Shown here in pieces: positions 27,835-37,994 of a stretch of DNA of 64,000 bases. The first letter of the stretch is position 1. Each line of letters begins with the position of its first letter. A model generated the notes under the pieces. It was not told the DNA's origin. It saw only the letters and a list, made by a program, of their open reading frames with translations, and did no database searches. The translations under genes and the position numbers were made by a program. The stretch covers positions 2,846 through 66,845 of the IMG/VR virus record IMGVR_UViG_2851188095_000001, one strand, 5' to 3'. Source of the DNA: a virus (lineage: Duplodnaviria; Caudoviricetes).

Positions 27835-29339
27835 CACACTGCCTCCCTTTCGCACGATCCGGGACTGTTGGCGCAATCCGAAATCAAACGCTCGCCTATT
27901 GCGTTCGATTCCGTTGCCACCCGTAGTTGTTCCGCCAGCGCGACTCCGAGTAGGTAAGAGACGCGCGATGCGACTCCGTTACCGACAATGCGGTATTGCG
28001 CGGATAGCGAGATGTCGTCCGGGAGCACGTACGAGTCGGGTACGGATTGGATGCGGAGGCACTCGCGGACGGTAAAGCGGCGCGGCTGCGGCATTGCTTG
28101 CGGATGCACAAACGCCTTTCCCTCGTTGAATATCCGCCCGAATATCGTAGGTGACGGGTCGTCCCATTCGTTTACGCGGAAGCCAAATCCGCCTTGTCCG
28201 CCGCGCCTTTCGTAGCCTGCGAGCGCCTTTTCGCTGATTTCCTTACGCTCGTGGTTCGGGTAAAAGCAGTTCGCCCCGCCCGGCACTCCGTTCGCACCAG
28301 CCACAACTGTTTTTGCTGGCTCATCCAGATTTGACGCCGTATGACCAGGATATTCTTTCGCGGCAATTCCTCCGTTGTGATTCGTAATCTCCACGGTTTG
28401 ACAACGGAACTGCGTCGTAATCACCGGTGCAGGTTCGTCCATATCCGCGACACGTTCCGCCTTTTTCACGTTTCTCCCGCAGGTATCCGTTGGCTCCGGC
28501 AAGTCCCCGATCACATCACGCAGCACCTGCGTACGGTAATCCTCCGGTCGCGGCTCCGGAAACTCGAACGCGAATCCGAGATCAGCCCGCACGCCCACGA
28601 TAAACACGCGCTCCCTTTTCTGCGCAACTCCGTAATCCCATGCGTTGATCAACCGCCAGCTCACGTTGTATCCGATGATTTTGAACTGACGGAGTAGCGC
28701 GTCAAACGTTGGGCGGTGGCGCTTCGTAATCAGCCCCTTTACGTTTTCGAATACGAAAGCTTTCGGTCGTTTCCGTTCGATGATTTCGAGATAGCGCCAT
28801 ACGAGTTTGCCTCGCTCGCCCTCTTCGCCTGCACCCGTTCCTGCTACGGAATAATCCTGGCACGGCGGCCCTCCGGCAATTACGTCCGCGTCCGGTATGC
28901 TATCGATATCAATCGCGGTAATATCGCCGTGTACGATGTGGTCGCCGAGATTGTGGCGGTAGGCTTTCACCGCGTTCTTATCGAAATCGTTCGCCCATAC
29001 GAGATTATACCCGGCAGAGCGCAAGCCAATCGCCATTAGTCCGCCACCTGCGAATAATTCCGCGACAGTGAATCCGTTACTTTCGAGTTGTGGCGTTACA
29101 TTATATTCGTCGATAATATCGCTCTCCTTTCGTAATGGACCTTCGTAATACGACGGATGAACTGGAGAAGAAGCGCCGCCAGACCGTTTTCCTTGCGTAT
29201 AATCTCCGCCTACACATAACGTACTTGCTGGCGCGTCCCATGCAGTCGGGTAGCGCTCTTCTCGACGCCCGCCCAATTTCCGTTGAGGCCATCGATCGTG
29301 ATTCGCAATCACCGTCGTCCCATCGCTCCTTTTCGTCAA
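27834..29339 (-). CDS. Orphan DNA (cytosine-5) methyltransferase, multi-TRD-like
   Basis: ELFAGGG, GGPPCQ, FENVKG, QKRERV, RRFTVRE..RIQS, GNGV. Confidence 0.92.
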   Translation of the reverse strand: MTKRSDGTTVIANHDRWPQRKLGGRREERYPTAWDAPASTLCVGGDYTQGKRSGGASSPVHPSYYEGPLRKESDIIDEYNVTPQLESNGFTVAELFAGGGLMAIGLRSAGYNLVWANDFDKNAVKAYRHNLGDHIVHGDITAIDIDSIPDADVIAGGPPCQDYSVAGTGAGEEGERGKLVWRYLEIIERKRPKAFVFENVKGLITKRHRPTFDALLRQFKIIGYNVSWRLINAWDYGVAQKRERVFIVGVRADLGFAFEFPEPRPEDYRTQVLRDVIGDLPEPTDTCGRNVKKAERVADMDEPAPVITTQFRCQTVEITNHNGGIAAKEYPGHTASNLDEPAKTVVAGANGVPGGANCFYPNHERKEISEKALAGYERRGGQGGFGFRVNEWDDPSPTIFGRIFNEGKAFVHPQAMPQPRRFTVRECLRIQSVPDSYVLPDDISLSAQYRIVGNGVASRVSYLLGVALAEQLRVATESNAIGERLISDCANSPGSCEREAV

Positions 29340-29358
29340 TATTCGTCATTAACGTTCA

Positions 29359-29388
29359 TTGCATATATCGCGTTAACTGGCGTATAAT
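29359..29388 (+). promoter_or_regulatory. SigA promoter TTGCAT-18-TATAAT
   Basis: Upstream of counter-oriented gene at 29425. Confidence 0.65.
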
Positions 29389-29424
29389 GGTACGTAAGAC
29401 ATTTAATCGGAGTGTGATCACCAT

Positions 29425-29847
29425 ATGGCGTTTATCGCGTATAACTTTCGTAGTGGTGACGATTTGCCAGCACTCACCGTTGATCATTTCGGACGCCTCT
29501 ACATGAACGCAGCTTTACGGAAGACGCTCGGAGTAGTCAAGGACATGCCGTTCAAGGCGCACATCGCGTTCGATCCTGACACGGGCAATATCGGACTCGC
29601 GCGTCCTGGCGAAGTTAACGTGGGCGACAACGTGGCTCCAGCAACATTCGACCGCAAACGTTATTATGCGGGCGTTCGCGGATTCATGCGGAAACACAAG
29701 CCGAAGCTCGGCAAGTACGTTTACATCGAGCGCCAGAATAATTGGTACGCGTTCCGCCATCAGGAAACGGAGACACCTACGGCTCATCCGGACGTGAAAC
29801 CTGCGCCGAAGAAGAAACGGAAGAAGGCGGAGACTCCAGCAGAGTAG
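29425..29847 (+). CDS. Counter-oriented protein, AbrB/MraZ-like N-terminus, basic tail
   Basis: TVDHFGRLYMNAALRKTLG; GGAG RBS; own promoter. Confidence 0.6.
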   Translation: MAFIAYNFRSGDDLPALTVDHFGRLYMNAALRKTLGVVKDMPFKAHIAFDPDTGNIGLARPGEVNVGDNVAPATFDRKRYYAGVRGFMRKHKPKLGKYVYIERQNNWYAFRHQETETPTAHPDVKPAPKKKRKKAETPAE

Positions 29848-30098
29848 AAGCGGAGTCATCCGCGTCCCTTTCGTTCGGCAAGCGTGCGTCATACGGGAGT
29901 CCGTCTAGCGCGTCGGCACGTCCGCGGAAGTAGCCCATTTCGTAATAGTGGCGGAGGCTGTCGTTCATTGGGCGGCCTCTTTCCATTTGTACTTACGGCA
30001 TCTTTCGCATCTCCATGCGCGAATGCCGTCACCTTCGTACATTAACGTCCATTTGTGGATGCCGATAACGCACCGTAAATATACGCCCTCGAACGGAA

Positions 30099-30458
30099 TC
30101 ATTCCGCCACCTCCCACCGCTTGAAATCGACCGACTCCGAATAGTATCCGTTAGAGCTACCGTACCAGCGGATTGTGACGTAACCTTTCGTTGTCGCGAA
30201 TTTGTAGAATGTCCACGTATGGGTTCCGTCCCATCCGTCATCGCCACTTTCGCTGACCTCTTCCGCGAGTTCAATAGTCGCGCCGATCAGGTCCGTCAAG
30301 TCTCCGCATATGTCCTCGATATAAACGTGCTCGCAACAATCCTGCTCGTGATACATCCGATAACACTCGCCGTCCTCCGTGTAAAACCGCAGTTCGTCCG
30401 CAATGCTGTCGTCAATCTTCGTTAACACTTTTCCGATTAATTCGGATACGTTCGCCAT
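30099..30458 (-). CDS. Conserved phage hypothetical protein
   Basis: HEQDCCE, TWTFYK, WYGSSNGYYSE. Confidence 0.75.
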   Translation of the reverse strand: MANVSELIGKVLTKIDDSIADELRFYTEDGECYRMYHEQDCCEHVYIEDICGDLTDLIGATIELAEEVSESGDDGWDGTHTWTFYKFATTKGYVTIRWYGSSNGYYSESVDFKRWEVAE

Positions 30459-31036
30459 TACACATCGCTCCCTTTCGAAATAATCTCCGCCATCACCGCG
30501 TCCGCCTTCGCGTGTAACTCCGCCAAGCTCCCATTATTCTCGATCTCGTAATCGACCGCGAATCCGTCCGAATGCAGCTCGGTTTCGTGCGTTAGGTCGC
30601 GGTCATCGAACGTGTCGCCTGCGTCGAGCATGCGTTGTCTGCGGATGGGCTCGTCACACGTTACGCGGATGATTACGAAGCCTTCCGCACGGAGGCGAGC
30701 GTATTCGTTAGGCTGGCGGAGGTCGGTGACTATGATTCGTTCTGGCGGGAGATATGGTTGATCAATCGCCCTAAACGCTATAGGCTCGTTGGCTTTGCGG
30801 AGGCAAGCGTTGACCCACACGTCCGGATCGAACGCTCGCATCGCCTGCCCCACGCCTTGTAACAGCGCGCGGGGCTTCCGATCATTGGCGAATAGATCCG
30901 GAAAGAGATCGCGGCAGACCTTACGGATTCCGTCTCCGAATGCAAGCCGGACGAATCCGTATTGTTGCGTGAGGTGGGCGGCGACCGTGTCCTTTCCCGC
31001 CCTAGCGCGCGCCGTGAGAGCTATTTTAACGCTCAT
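30458..31036 (-). CDS. Deoxynucleoside monophosphate kinase
   Basis: ARAGKDT P-loop, LQGVG, TDLRQPNE, HETE, IENNGS. Confidence 0.85.
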   Translation of the reverse strand: MSVKIALTARARAGKDTVAAHLTQQYGFVRLAFGDGIRKVCRDLFPDLFANDRKPRALLQGVGQAMRAFDPDVWVNACLRKANEPIAFRAIDQPYLPPERIIVTDLRQPNEYARLRAEGFVIIRVTCDEPIRRQRMLDAGDTFDDRDLTHETELHSDGFAVDYEIENNGSLAELHAKADAVMAEIISKGSDV

Positions 31037-31332
31037 TAGGCGGACACCTCCTCGCGATAACGCACGCCGTCGATGATGACGGTCGAGGTCGGCTCGAGTA
31101 CAGTGTACTCCGAGTGCCAAACGCCAGCTCGCGGACTTTCTACGAAGAGGCCGGCGGAGCACGTAGATACTACCGAAAGAACATCTCCGTTGTTGTAGTG
31201 ATCTTCTCTATCTGACCTATTGACGATCTTTATCCGTTCCCCAACGTCAGCCTTACGCTTTACCTCCGCATACTCACGTTGCACTCCGTTATCATCCGTC
31301 AATACCGTCACATTCGTTTGGTTCGTACTCAT
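31036..31332 (-). CDS. Hypothetical protein (domain shared with 44138-45208)
   Basis: EVKRKADVGERIKIVN...EYTVLEP. Confidence 0.65.
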   Translation of the reverse strand: MSTNQTNVTVLTDDNGVQREYAEVKRKADVGERIKIVNRSDREDHYNNGDVLSVVSTCSAGLFVESPRAGVWHSEYTVLEPTSTVIIDGVRYREEVSA

Positions 31333-31407
31333 CCGATCAGCCTCCGATATTTTTATTTGCGGCTATTCCGTCATGCGATCGCCTATTTCGCACGACTTCG
31401 ACCGTTC

Positions 31408-31440
31408 ACTTAGATAGACGGGCGCGTTTCCGTTCTGCAC
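31408..31440 (-). promoter_or_regulatory. Phage promoter/operator motif copy 1
   Basis: GTGC-N14-CCCGTCTATCTAAGT, also at 48370-48402 and 62886-62918. Confidence 0.75.
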
Positions 31441-31443
31441 GTT

Positions 31444-31785
31444 TTATTCGAAAATAATTACGGTCATTTTCCGCCGACCGAACCGTAGTGCCTCCGTTTT
31501 GTTCGCGATAAAGACGTCGAGGTGTCCGGACGTTATTCGCGAGCCACGATCCTCGCACGTCAGCGTCCGTCCCAATTCCGGAATCATGACGCGAGTACCG
31601 AACGGATGGTCGCGCGAACATGCTGCGGTTACGCCTTCGCGCACGGGCTTGCCGGACGCAGTGATTCCGTGGGCTGGCGTGAAGTCGTCTCCGATGGAGT
31701 ACGCTGTGACTTCGTAGGTTGCGATGGTCGGCGCTGGAGGTGCGTGGGAAAATAGCGTAGAGAGAACGGCAATTAGCGTTAGGAT
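31444..31785 (-). CDS. Secreted 3D-domain (MltA-like) protein, probable ATC start
   Basis: VTAYS, GITASG, PFGTRV, EDRG..I.SGHLDVF; hydrophobic N-terminus; AAGGAGG before ATC. Confidence 0.8.
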   Translation of the reverse strand: MLTLIAVLSTLFSHAPPAPTIATYEVTAYSIGDDFTPAHGITASGKPVREGVTAACSRDHPFGTRVMIPELGRTLTCEDRGSRITSGHLDVFIANKTEALRFGRRKMTVIIFE

Positions 31786-31801
31786 GGCGCAACCTCCTTC
31801 G

Positions 31802-31960
31802 TTACAACTTAAAGTCTCTTACAAAGACAATTAACACAAACACAACTACGGGAAGCCAGAATACTCTCAACAGTACCTTTTCCCACCAAGCGAACTCATC
31901 GGGCATTTTGAAGTAAAATCCTACTGCCAGATATACGACGAACAGCGCAAGCCAAATCAA
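31802..31960 (-). CDS. Small membrane protein
   Basis: TTG start after GGAGG; two hydrophobic segments. Confidence 0.55.
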   Translation of the reverse strand: MIWLALFVVYLAVGFYFKMPDEFAWWEKVLLRVFWLPVVVFVLIVFVRDFKL

Positions 31961-31976
31961 GCGAACACCTCCTTCG

Positions 31977-32828
31977 TTAAACTGCGACCTTTCCGGCAAT
32001 ATGCGGATGCGGATCATATCCGACGATTTCGAAATCATCGAACGTGAAATCGTCAATGTCCGTTACCTTGCGCTTGATCATGAGCTGCGGCAGTGGTCGC
32101 AGATCACGTTCGAGCTGCGTCCGTACCTGCTCGATATGGTTCGTGTAGATATGCGCGTCGCCTAGTGTATGGACGAACTCGCCGACTTCAAGTCCGGTAA
32201 CGTGCGCGATCATGTGCGTCAGAAGCGCGTAGCTTGCGATGTTGAACGGAACACCGAGGAATACATCAGCCGAGCGTTGGTACAGTTGGCACGACAGGCG
32301 TCCGTTCGCGACGTAGAACTGAAACGCGAAGTGGCACGGTGGGAGCGCCATTTGATCGAGTTCGCCTACGTTCCAGGCGTTTACGAGCAGGCGGCGGCTG
32401 TCCGGATTCGTGCGGATTTGTTCGATGACGTCCGCAATTTGGTCGTAAGAGATCGCGTCAGTAGACGTATAAGAATATTCATCATCACCGTCAAATCCGT
32501 AATCAACGTACTCTTCTAGTCGCGTCCAGTTTCGCCATTGCTTCCCGTAGACTGGTCCGAGGCTACCACGCTTGTCCGCCCACTCGTTCCAAATCCGCAC
32601 ACCGTTTTCGTTCAAGTACGCCACATTCGTATCACCGTGCAAGAACCATAGGAGCTCGTGCGCGATCGACGGCCAGTGGAGCGCCTTCGTCGTCATTAAC
32701 GGGAATCCTTTGCGGAGATCATAACGCGATTGGTAGCCGAACGTACTTATGGTTCCGGTTCCGGTGCGGTCCGTCTTCTCAACGCCATTTTCGAGAATAT
32801 GGCGGCATAGTTTGTGGTATTGGCGCAT
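31977..32828 (-). CDS. thyA: Thymidylate synthase
   Basis: [36 protein letters not shown]. Confidence 0.97.
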   Translation of the reverse strand: MRQYHKLCRHILENGVEKTDRTGTGTISTFGYQSRYDLRKGFPLMTTKALHWPSIAHELLWFLHGDTNVAYLNENGVRIWNEWADKRGSLGPVYGKQWRNWTRLEEYVDYGFDGDDEYSYTSTDAISYDQIADVIEQIRTNPDSRRLLVNAWNVGELDQMALPPCHFAFQFYVANGRLSCQLYQRSADVFLGVPFNIASYALLTHMIAHVTGLEVGEFVHTLGDAHIYTNHIEQVRTQLERDLRPLPQLMIKRKVTDIDDFTFDDFEIVGYDPHPHIAGKVAV

Positions 32829-32854
32829 CCATCAAACCTCCGATTGTCAAAATG

Positions 32855-32883
32855 TTTACAATGGACGAGCTATTTGGTACAAT
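32855..32883 (+). promoter_or_regulatory. SigA promoter TTTACA-17-TACAAT with extended TG
   Basis: Upstream of small plus-strand peptide gene. Confidence 0.65.
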
Positions 32884-32993
32884 TTAAATTGACCTTGTGA
32901 AGTACCGGCCACTTCCAGAAAGAAAGTGCAATTACATCGACCCTTACCTGGCTAGACGAGAGGTGCAATACCTTTCACTGAAAGCGAGGTGGT

Positions 32994-33083
32994 ATGATGA
33001 AAATTATCATCACGCCAGCTGCTCTACGGATAATTGTCTCAGTTATTCCGTGGGTTGCAGTATTTTTACTGAATTACAAATAG
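32994..33083 (+). CDS. 29-aa hydrophobic peptide, type I toxin-like
   Basis: MMKIIITPAALRIIVSVIPWVAVFLLNYK; GAGGTG RBS; own promoter and terminator. Confidence 0.6.
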   Translation: MMKIIITPAALRIIVSVIPWVAVFLLNYK

Positions 33084-33090
33084 GGCAGGG

Positions 33091-33127
33091 AAAGCTATCG
33101 TCTTATCTGGCGGTAGCTTTTTCTTTT
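33091..33127 (+). terminator. Intrinsic terminator
   Basis: AAAGCTATCGTC-loop-GGCGGTAGCTTT followed by TTCTTTT. Confidence 0.7.
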
Positions 33128-33714
33128 GTGATACCCGTACTACCAAACCCGCCAGCCCCACGCTCCGTCTCGTCCAACTCCGCGACTTCAACGAACGACG
33201 CCCGTGGGACTTTCGCGAGAACTCCCTGCGCGATGCGGTCGCCTTTGCGGACGATGTACGTTCCTACTTCATAATCCAAGTGCCGTTCACCGTCTTTGTA
33301 TTTGGTTCCGTCTAAATAAAACGTATCGCCCGCAAGCCCATATTCGTCCGGATTTATGTTGTCGATAATAACGCATACTTCTCCGCGAAAATCTGCATCC
33401 ACCGTACCAGGTGCGTTACTGATCCGAAGCTTCGTTTTCACGCTCACACCGGACCGCGGGCGGACTTGAATCTCGAACCCTACTGGAATCTCAAACGCCA
33501 GTCCAAGCGGTACCTTCTTCGTCTCTCCCGGCGCGATGATTACGTCCTCGACCGCGACCAAGTCGAAGCCCGCCGCGCCCATCGTTGCGTATTGCGGAAT
33601 GACTGCGTCTGGATGGAGTTTGCGTACTTTTACGGAAATATCGTTAACCATCGTATCGCCTCCGTTCAATATCGTCATGAGATCGCGTTGTTCTTGCGTT
33701 GGCGCGTACGTCAT
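33103..33714 (-). CDS. dut: dUTPase (trimeric type)
   Basis: AAGFDL, RPRSG, GTVDADFRGE, GDRIAQ, RGAGGFGSTG. Confidence 0.96.
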   Translation of the reverse strand: MTYAPTQEQRDLMTILNGGDTMVNDISVKVRKLHPDAVIPQYATMGAAGFDLVAVEDVIIAPGETKKVPLGLAFEIPVGFEIQVRPRSGVSVKTKLRISNAPGTVDADFRGEVCVIIDNINPDEYGLAGDTFYLDGTKYKDGERHLDYEVGTYIVRKGDRIAQGVLAKVPRASFVEVAELDETERGAGGFGSTGITKEKATAR

Positions 33715-33917
33715 TACTTCACCACCTCCTCAAGCCGAACGTTAACAGCAACTTCTGCACCCTCGTCCAATTCGCGAAGGATCAACTGTCGCGTGAACAT
33801 CTCTAGTCCAACGATGCGTTCTAAGCGTTGTTCTTCCGTAAGTTCTCGCCATAGTTGCGACTTTTCTTCGTCATAAGCGCCCTTTGCAATTACTTCGATT
33901 ACGAGCGTCAACCTCAC
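33714..33917 (-). CDS. Hypothetical protein
   Basis: Translationally coupled ORF. Confidence 0.55.
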   Translation of the reverse strand: MRLTLVIEVIAKGAYDEEKSQLWRELTEEQRLERIVGLEMFTRQLILRELDEGAEVAVNVRLEEVVK

Positions 33918-34234
33918 TCTACCACCTCCTGGACAACGAATACTTTTCCGCGCTGCTCGATGATTTCGTATTTCTCCGTATCAAATGCGGACATGTCCGT
34001 GATGAGGACTTCGTATCTGACGGGGTCAGGCGTAGTGTAGTCTACGAACGCCAAGTAACTGAGCAACAACATACCGGCGCCGAGAACTGTGAGCAGAACT
34101 CCAAAACCCAAGTCTTTGTCGCGTATACAGTAAATAGCCCCAGTGAAAAAGAGTAATGCGAATGCAGCAACCATGCCTCCAAAGAAAAGCGCACCGCCTT
34201 CTCCTCCGCTATTCACCGTATTCAAAATCTCCAC
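33914..34234 (-). CDS. Membrane protein
   Basis: Two TM helices; RBS. Confidence 0.6.
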   Translation of the reverse strand: MEILNTVNSGGEGGALFFGGMVAAFALLFFTGAIYCIRDKDLGFGVLLTVLGAGMLLLSYLAFVDYTTPDPVRYEVLITDMSAFDTEKYEIIEQRGKVFVVQEVVE

Positions 34235-34374
34235 AATACCACCTCCGTTATTATTCGGCCGAAGCCGGAGAGCGCCGGAGCGCCCACCTTACCTTCCGAT
34301 TAACCATCGCCATACGAACTCACAAGAGCCCGTAATGAGTGCGCCTACGCACATTAGCGTAGTCATTAGTACGA

Positions 34375-35348
34375 TCATCGAATCGGACACGCGCCAGTAG
34401 CGCAATCGTCGTTCGCGTCCAGTTCTGATTGACCGCCCGTCTCATATCGCTGTAGTACCGCTGGATCAAACGGACGCATCTTCGCTTCCATCTCCTCGTA
34501 TTGTTCGCGCGAAATCGCCTCGTACGGTGCGAGCTGATACGTTCCGCCATCCAGCGCGAGAAAACTTACGCCGACGAAATCGTCCCAGTTTTCGTAGACA
34601 ATGCGTTCGACTTCGCTCCATTCCGTTGGCCTTACCGTAATCGTGTTCGACGAATTGTGCTCGGTGTAATAACGCTGGAATCGGAAGTACGTATCGAATT
34701 GTTCCGCCGCGCTTACGTCATCTTTCGTACGAGTCGCGCCAGACGCCACCGGAAAGTCGATGACGAGCGTTCGTGCGTTCGCCATCCGTTCCTCGTGCGT
34801 TTCACCTTGCGTTCCTACTTCGGGATTCACCGTCCATCCGAGGTCGATGACGGCGCGCGCCAACGGATCGGCTGCGTTAATGCGGATGCGACGGATATAA
34901 TACGGCGAGTGCGACCAGTGGAGTCCGGATGATACTCCGCCCGCGACTTGTGATAACGTGCCCTCCGGCTTAACCGTGGTTACGAGGAGTGGCGCGTTTA
35001 CACGGAGCTCCTTCGCGTATTTATCCGCCTCGCCACGCGCAACCGATCCTAGCCATTCAACTAAGTCTCGCTCCTGCCAATCGCTAAGTCCTACGGCGGC
35101 AACTGCATCTTTTAAGCCTGTTAGTGAGGTTCCGAGCAACCTATCGCGCTGTTGTACTGCGTCCCAATGCGGAAGTTCAAGCGTAACAAGCGTCATACGG
35201 AGACTTGCGCGGGCAGAACGGCATTGTGCTAGGTGTAGTCCAGGATAATCGAGATGTTTCGTACCATCTTCGTGATTGCGAACGAACTGCATCATGTTAA
35301 CGGTGGTCAAATTGCAGACTCCGTACGAGTCGAGAAGTATTTCTGCAC
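34375..35348 (-). CDS. nrdJ: Class II (B12-dependent) ribonucleotide reductase, exon 2
   Basis: (C)[28 protein letters not shown]-terminal CATGACPIR. Confidence 0.92.
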
Positions 35349-36276
35349 CAGTTATGTTGCGGCGATACCGATTCCGCACCGCCTCTACGCGTTTCCGCGC
35401 AGCTCAGACTATATCACCAGTCGGCTCAATGGATTAAATTACGCCCACTTGTACCCTAAGTCGGTTTCTATATCGCTCGGACACTTCGGAAGTATCTCGA
35501 AGAAATCGTTTAGTTTACGTGTAGGTACGCGTAGTCTACGTCGGTTCCAGTCAATCTGAACGTCTATTCCAAAGTCTCGTAGCATGCAGTCGCGCAGGAA
35601 GACTATCTCCTCGTCCGAGTATCTATCTGTGCATATCTGTACTCTCGTCGGTTCACCGTATAAATTGACTAAGTAGCCATCCCCGAGATACCATTGAAGT
35701 AGACTTATCGGCGTCAACTTTAAGTCTTGTGGTACGATCTTGAAGTGAGTGCCATCACTTCTTGTTTCGTACCATTTTTTCTCTAGTTGGGAGAAAGTTA
35801 CGTAGAATTTAGTAGATATCGACGAAGCGCTTTTTGATCCTGGAAAACTACCCTTGATGTGATTGAATTTCGCAGTGTAGTCAATTCCTTCTGAATCAAA
35901 TAGCTTGGAAATGCTTCGGATATAGGACGGATGTTTATTTGAGACAATCAAGTGCGCTGAGTGCTTGCTTTTATTTTGGTTAGACAGATAGCCGTCACCC
36001 AACATGAATCCAGTGAAATGCTGCATAAATTCGCCAGAAAGGTCTAACTCTTTAAAGAGTTCCCTCAAGTACTCATCTCCTTTGTTTTATTAGCGTAATT
36101 TATGAGCCGACTGCCTCCCGTTTCGAGCGCTCTTGCGCCCTACTCTACTCCCTTACGCTTTCGCGCGGTTTCGATAGTCGTTGAACGTTCCCTGAAGGGC
36201 TTCGCTGCTGATTGTCCTCGCCTTTACGCGTTAGGAGTTTCCAGCAATTAGAGAGGTTTTACATCCGCCAGCATTA
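35349..36276 (-). ncRNA. Group I intron (928 nt) in the NPC catalytic cysteine codon
   Basis: 5' exon ends AATCCGT with U.G in P1; AATTGCTGGAAA, AATCAGCAG, GTTCAACGACTA, GATATAGTC elements; terminal G; splicing restores GLNPCAEI. Confidence 0.92.
35439..36068 (-). CDS. Intron-encoded LAGLIDADG homing endonuclease
   Basis: FTGFMLGDGYL and LLQWYLGDGYL; AT-rich; lies in loop of P8 (CAGTCGGCTCA/TGAGCCGACTG). Confidence 0.9.
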   Translation of the reverse strand: MRELFKELDLSGEFMQHFTGFMLGDGYLSNQNKSKHSAHLIVSNKHPSYIRSISKLFDSEGIDYTAKFNHIKGSFPGSKSASSISTKFYVTFSQLEKKWYETRSDGTHFKIVPQDLKLTPISLLQWYLGDGYLVNLYGEPTRVQICTDRYSDEEIVFLRDCMLRDFGIDVQIDWNRRRLRVPTRKLNDFFEILPKCPSDIETDLGYKWA

Positions 36277-37588
36277 ACGGATTCAGTCCTTCGGCATTAG
36301 GACGTCTGCGTCGCGCTTCTTCTAAGTTGATAAAGCCCGGCTCGCCCTCGCCTTTCATGATCTCGAATACGAGATTCAACGTCTCCCTATCCGGCTTCTC
36401 CTCGAACGCAATCGAATTGTTACTCATACGCCTGTGATCAAGCCCCCAACGTCCGTCCCCGATACTCGCGATTGAATCGAACCAGTCCGGCTTCTTTCCG
36501 ATAGCCGCAAGCATTTCGCCGACTTTACGGTGCTGTGCGAGTTGCTCCTCCGTCCATATCCCGTTAATTCCGTACTTGGCGAGCATGCACTCGTAATCGT
36601 CCGCGTCGAACAGGAAGATTTCGGCCGTTCTGCGTACACCACCAACAACTACGTTCGCGCCGATGAGGTTTCCGATATCGAGTACGTGGATCGGGCGGAC
36701 GCGGCGATAACCTGTATCGGCATAGTCTCCGTTCCATTCTTCTTTTTCTAACACCATTTTTAACGGAGCCAGCGATGGATCAATCTCGTTCTTGAGTACG
36801 CGGTCGATCCCCGTAAACATTTCTGCGAGCGGCTCGTAGCCCGACGCGGTTCCGCCGAACGTATTCAAGCGCTCGCCCTTCGGACGGACGGAGTTGTACG
36901 AGATTTTCACGGTGTGGACCGCCTCATACCGCGGCTCCGTTAGGACTTCGAGATAGTAGCGCAGCGCCTCTACCCAGCCTTCCTTCGAATCCCCGACGTA
37001 AATTTTCGCGTATCCGTTATCGAGTTCGGTGATTCGCGTTCGTTCCAGGCGGTGAGACTTCGGTACGGGTTCGTATGGCGCGTTGATTAGCGTCACGTTC
37101 GTACGGATTGGCGCGAGTCCAGCCGCCATTTCCTTCGTACACTTGAATCCGACGCCAGTTCCGACTAGTAGCAGATAGAAGAGGTCGCCCATGTCCGCCC
37201 ATGAACGGATGTTTACGAATGAGCAATTGAAGTTCGCCAGCGGATACTTCTCCGCGACTCCGCCCTCGGAACCGCCGACCCATAAGCTACGGCCACTAAG
37301 GAATTGACGCAGGTTGAACATCGCATCGAACAGCTCCTCCGCCTCTTTCCGCAGCCCCTCGACGTCCGCCGCATATCCGATCTTCTCCGTATGCTTCAGC
37401 GCAAGTCCAACGTTATACTCAACGCTGCGGCGGCATGTCTCGCGCCAGTTCTCGCGTCGTCCCTTTTCCGGAAGCCAGCGTGAGTATGTGCGGTAGAATA
37501 CGAATTGAGCGAGCTCGTTCATGTGCGCAGGTGCTTCCGGATATCCTGCGATAAATTCGTCCGTCAGTAATTGCGTCATTTTCGTCAA
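36277..37588 (-). CDS. nrdJ: Class II ribonucleotide reductase, exon 1
   Basis: YRTYSR, SGRSLW, NFNCSF, GTGVG, VVGGVRRTA, GEPG, GLNP. Confidence 0.92.
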
Positions 37589-37788
37589 TCAACATCGTCT
37601 CCCTTTTCGTGTATATAGCGTTCGTTATCGTCAATCGCGTATTGTAGCGCGAGTTTCTGCGCAACCAGTTCGAGGTAGGCGCGGCGTGCGTCCGGAATCT
37701 TACGCTCGACTTCCGCCAGCTCATCGCGTAGATACCGGAGGTTTCTTACGGGAAATGGCGCGGTACGGTCGTCGAATTTGCGGGTCAT
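37585..37788 (-). CDS. Hypothetical protein
   Basis: Coupled ORF. Confidence 0.5.
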   Translation of the reverse strand: MTRKFDDRTAPFPVRNLRYLRDELAEVERKIPDARRAYLELVAQKLALQYAIDDNERYIHEKGDDVD

Positions 37789-37994
37789 TTCCGTAATACC
37801 GGAGTTGCTACGGTCCAGACGGAGCCGATGATGTACACTAACGTTACGATTCCGAACCCTTTAGCGAACCCAACTTTCGATCCGAATACAGCGGTCAACG
37901 CGGATGCTGCGACAAATCCGCAAACCACCAAAAATAGAGCGATCATAATATAAGGGACAAGACTCGCAAGAAACTCTTTTATTGCGCCCATCAT
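37785..37994 (-). CDS. Small membrane protein
   Basis: Hydrophobic, coupled ORF. Confidence 0.55.
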   Translation of the reverse strand: MMGAIKEFLASLVPYIMIALFLVVCGFVAASALTAVFGSKVGFAKGFGIVTLVYIIGSVWTVATPVLRK

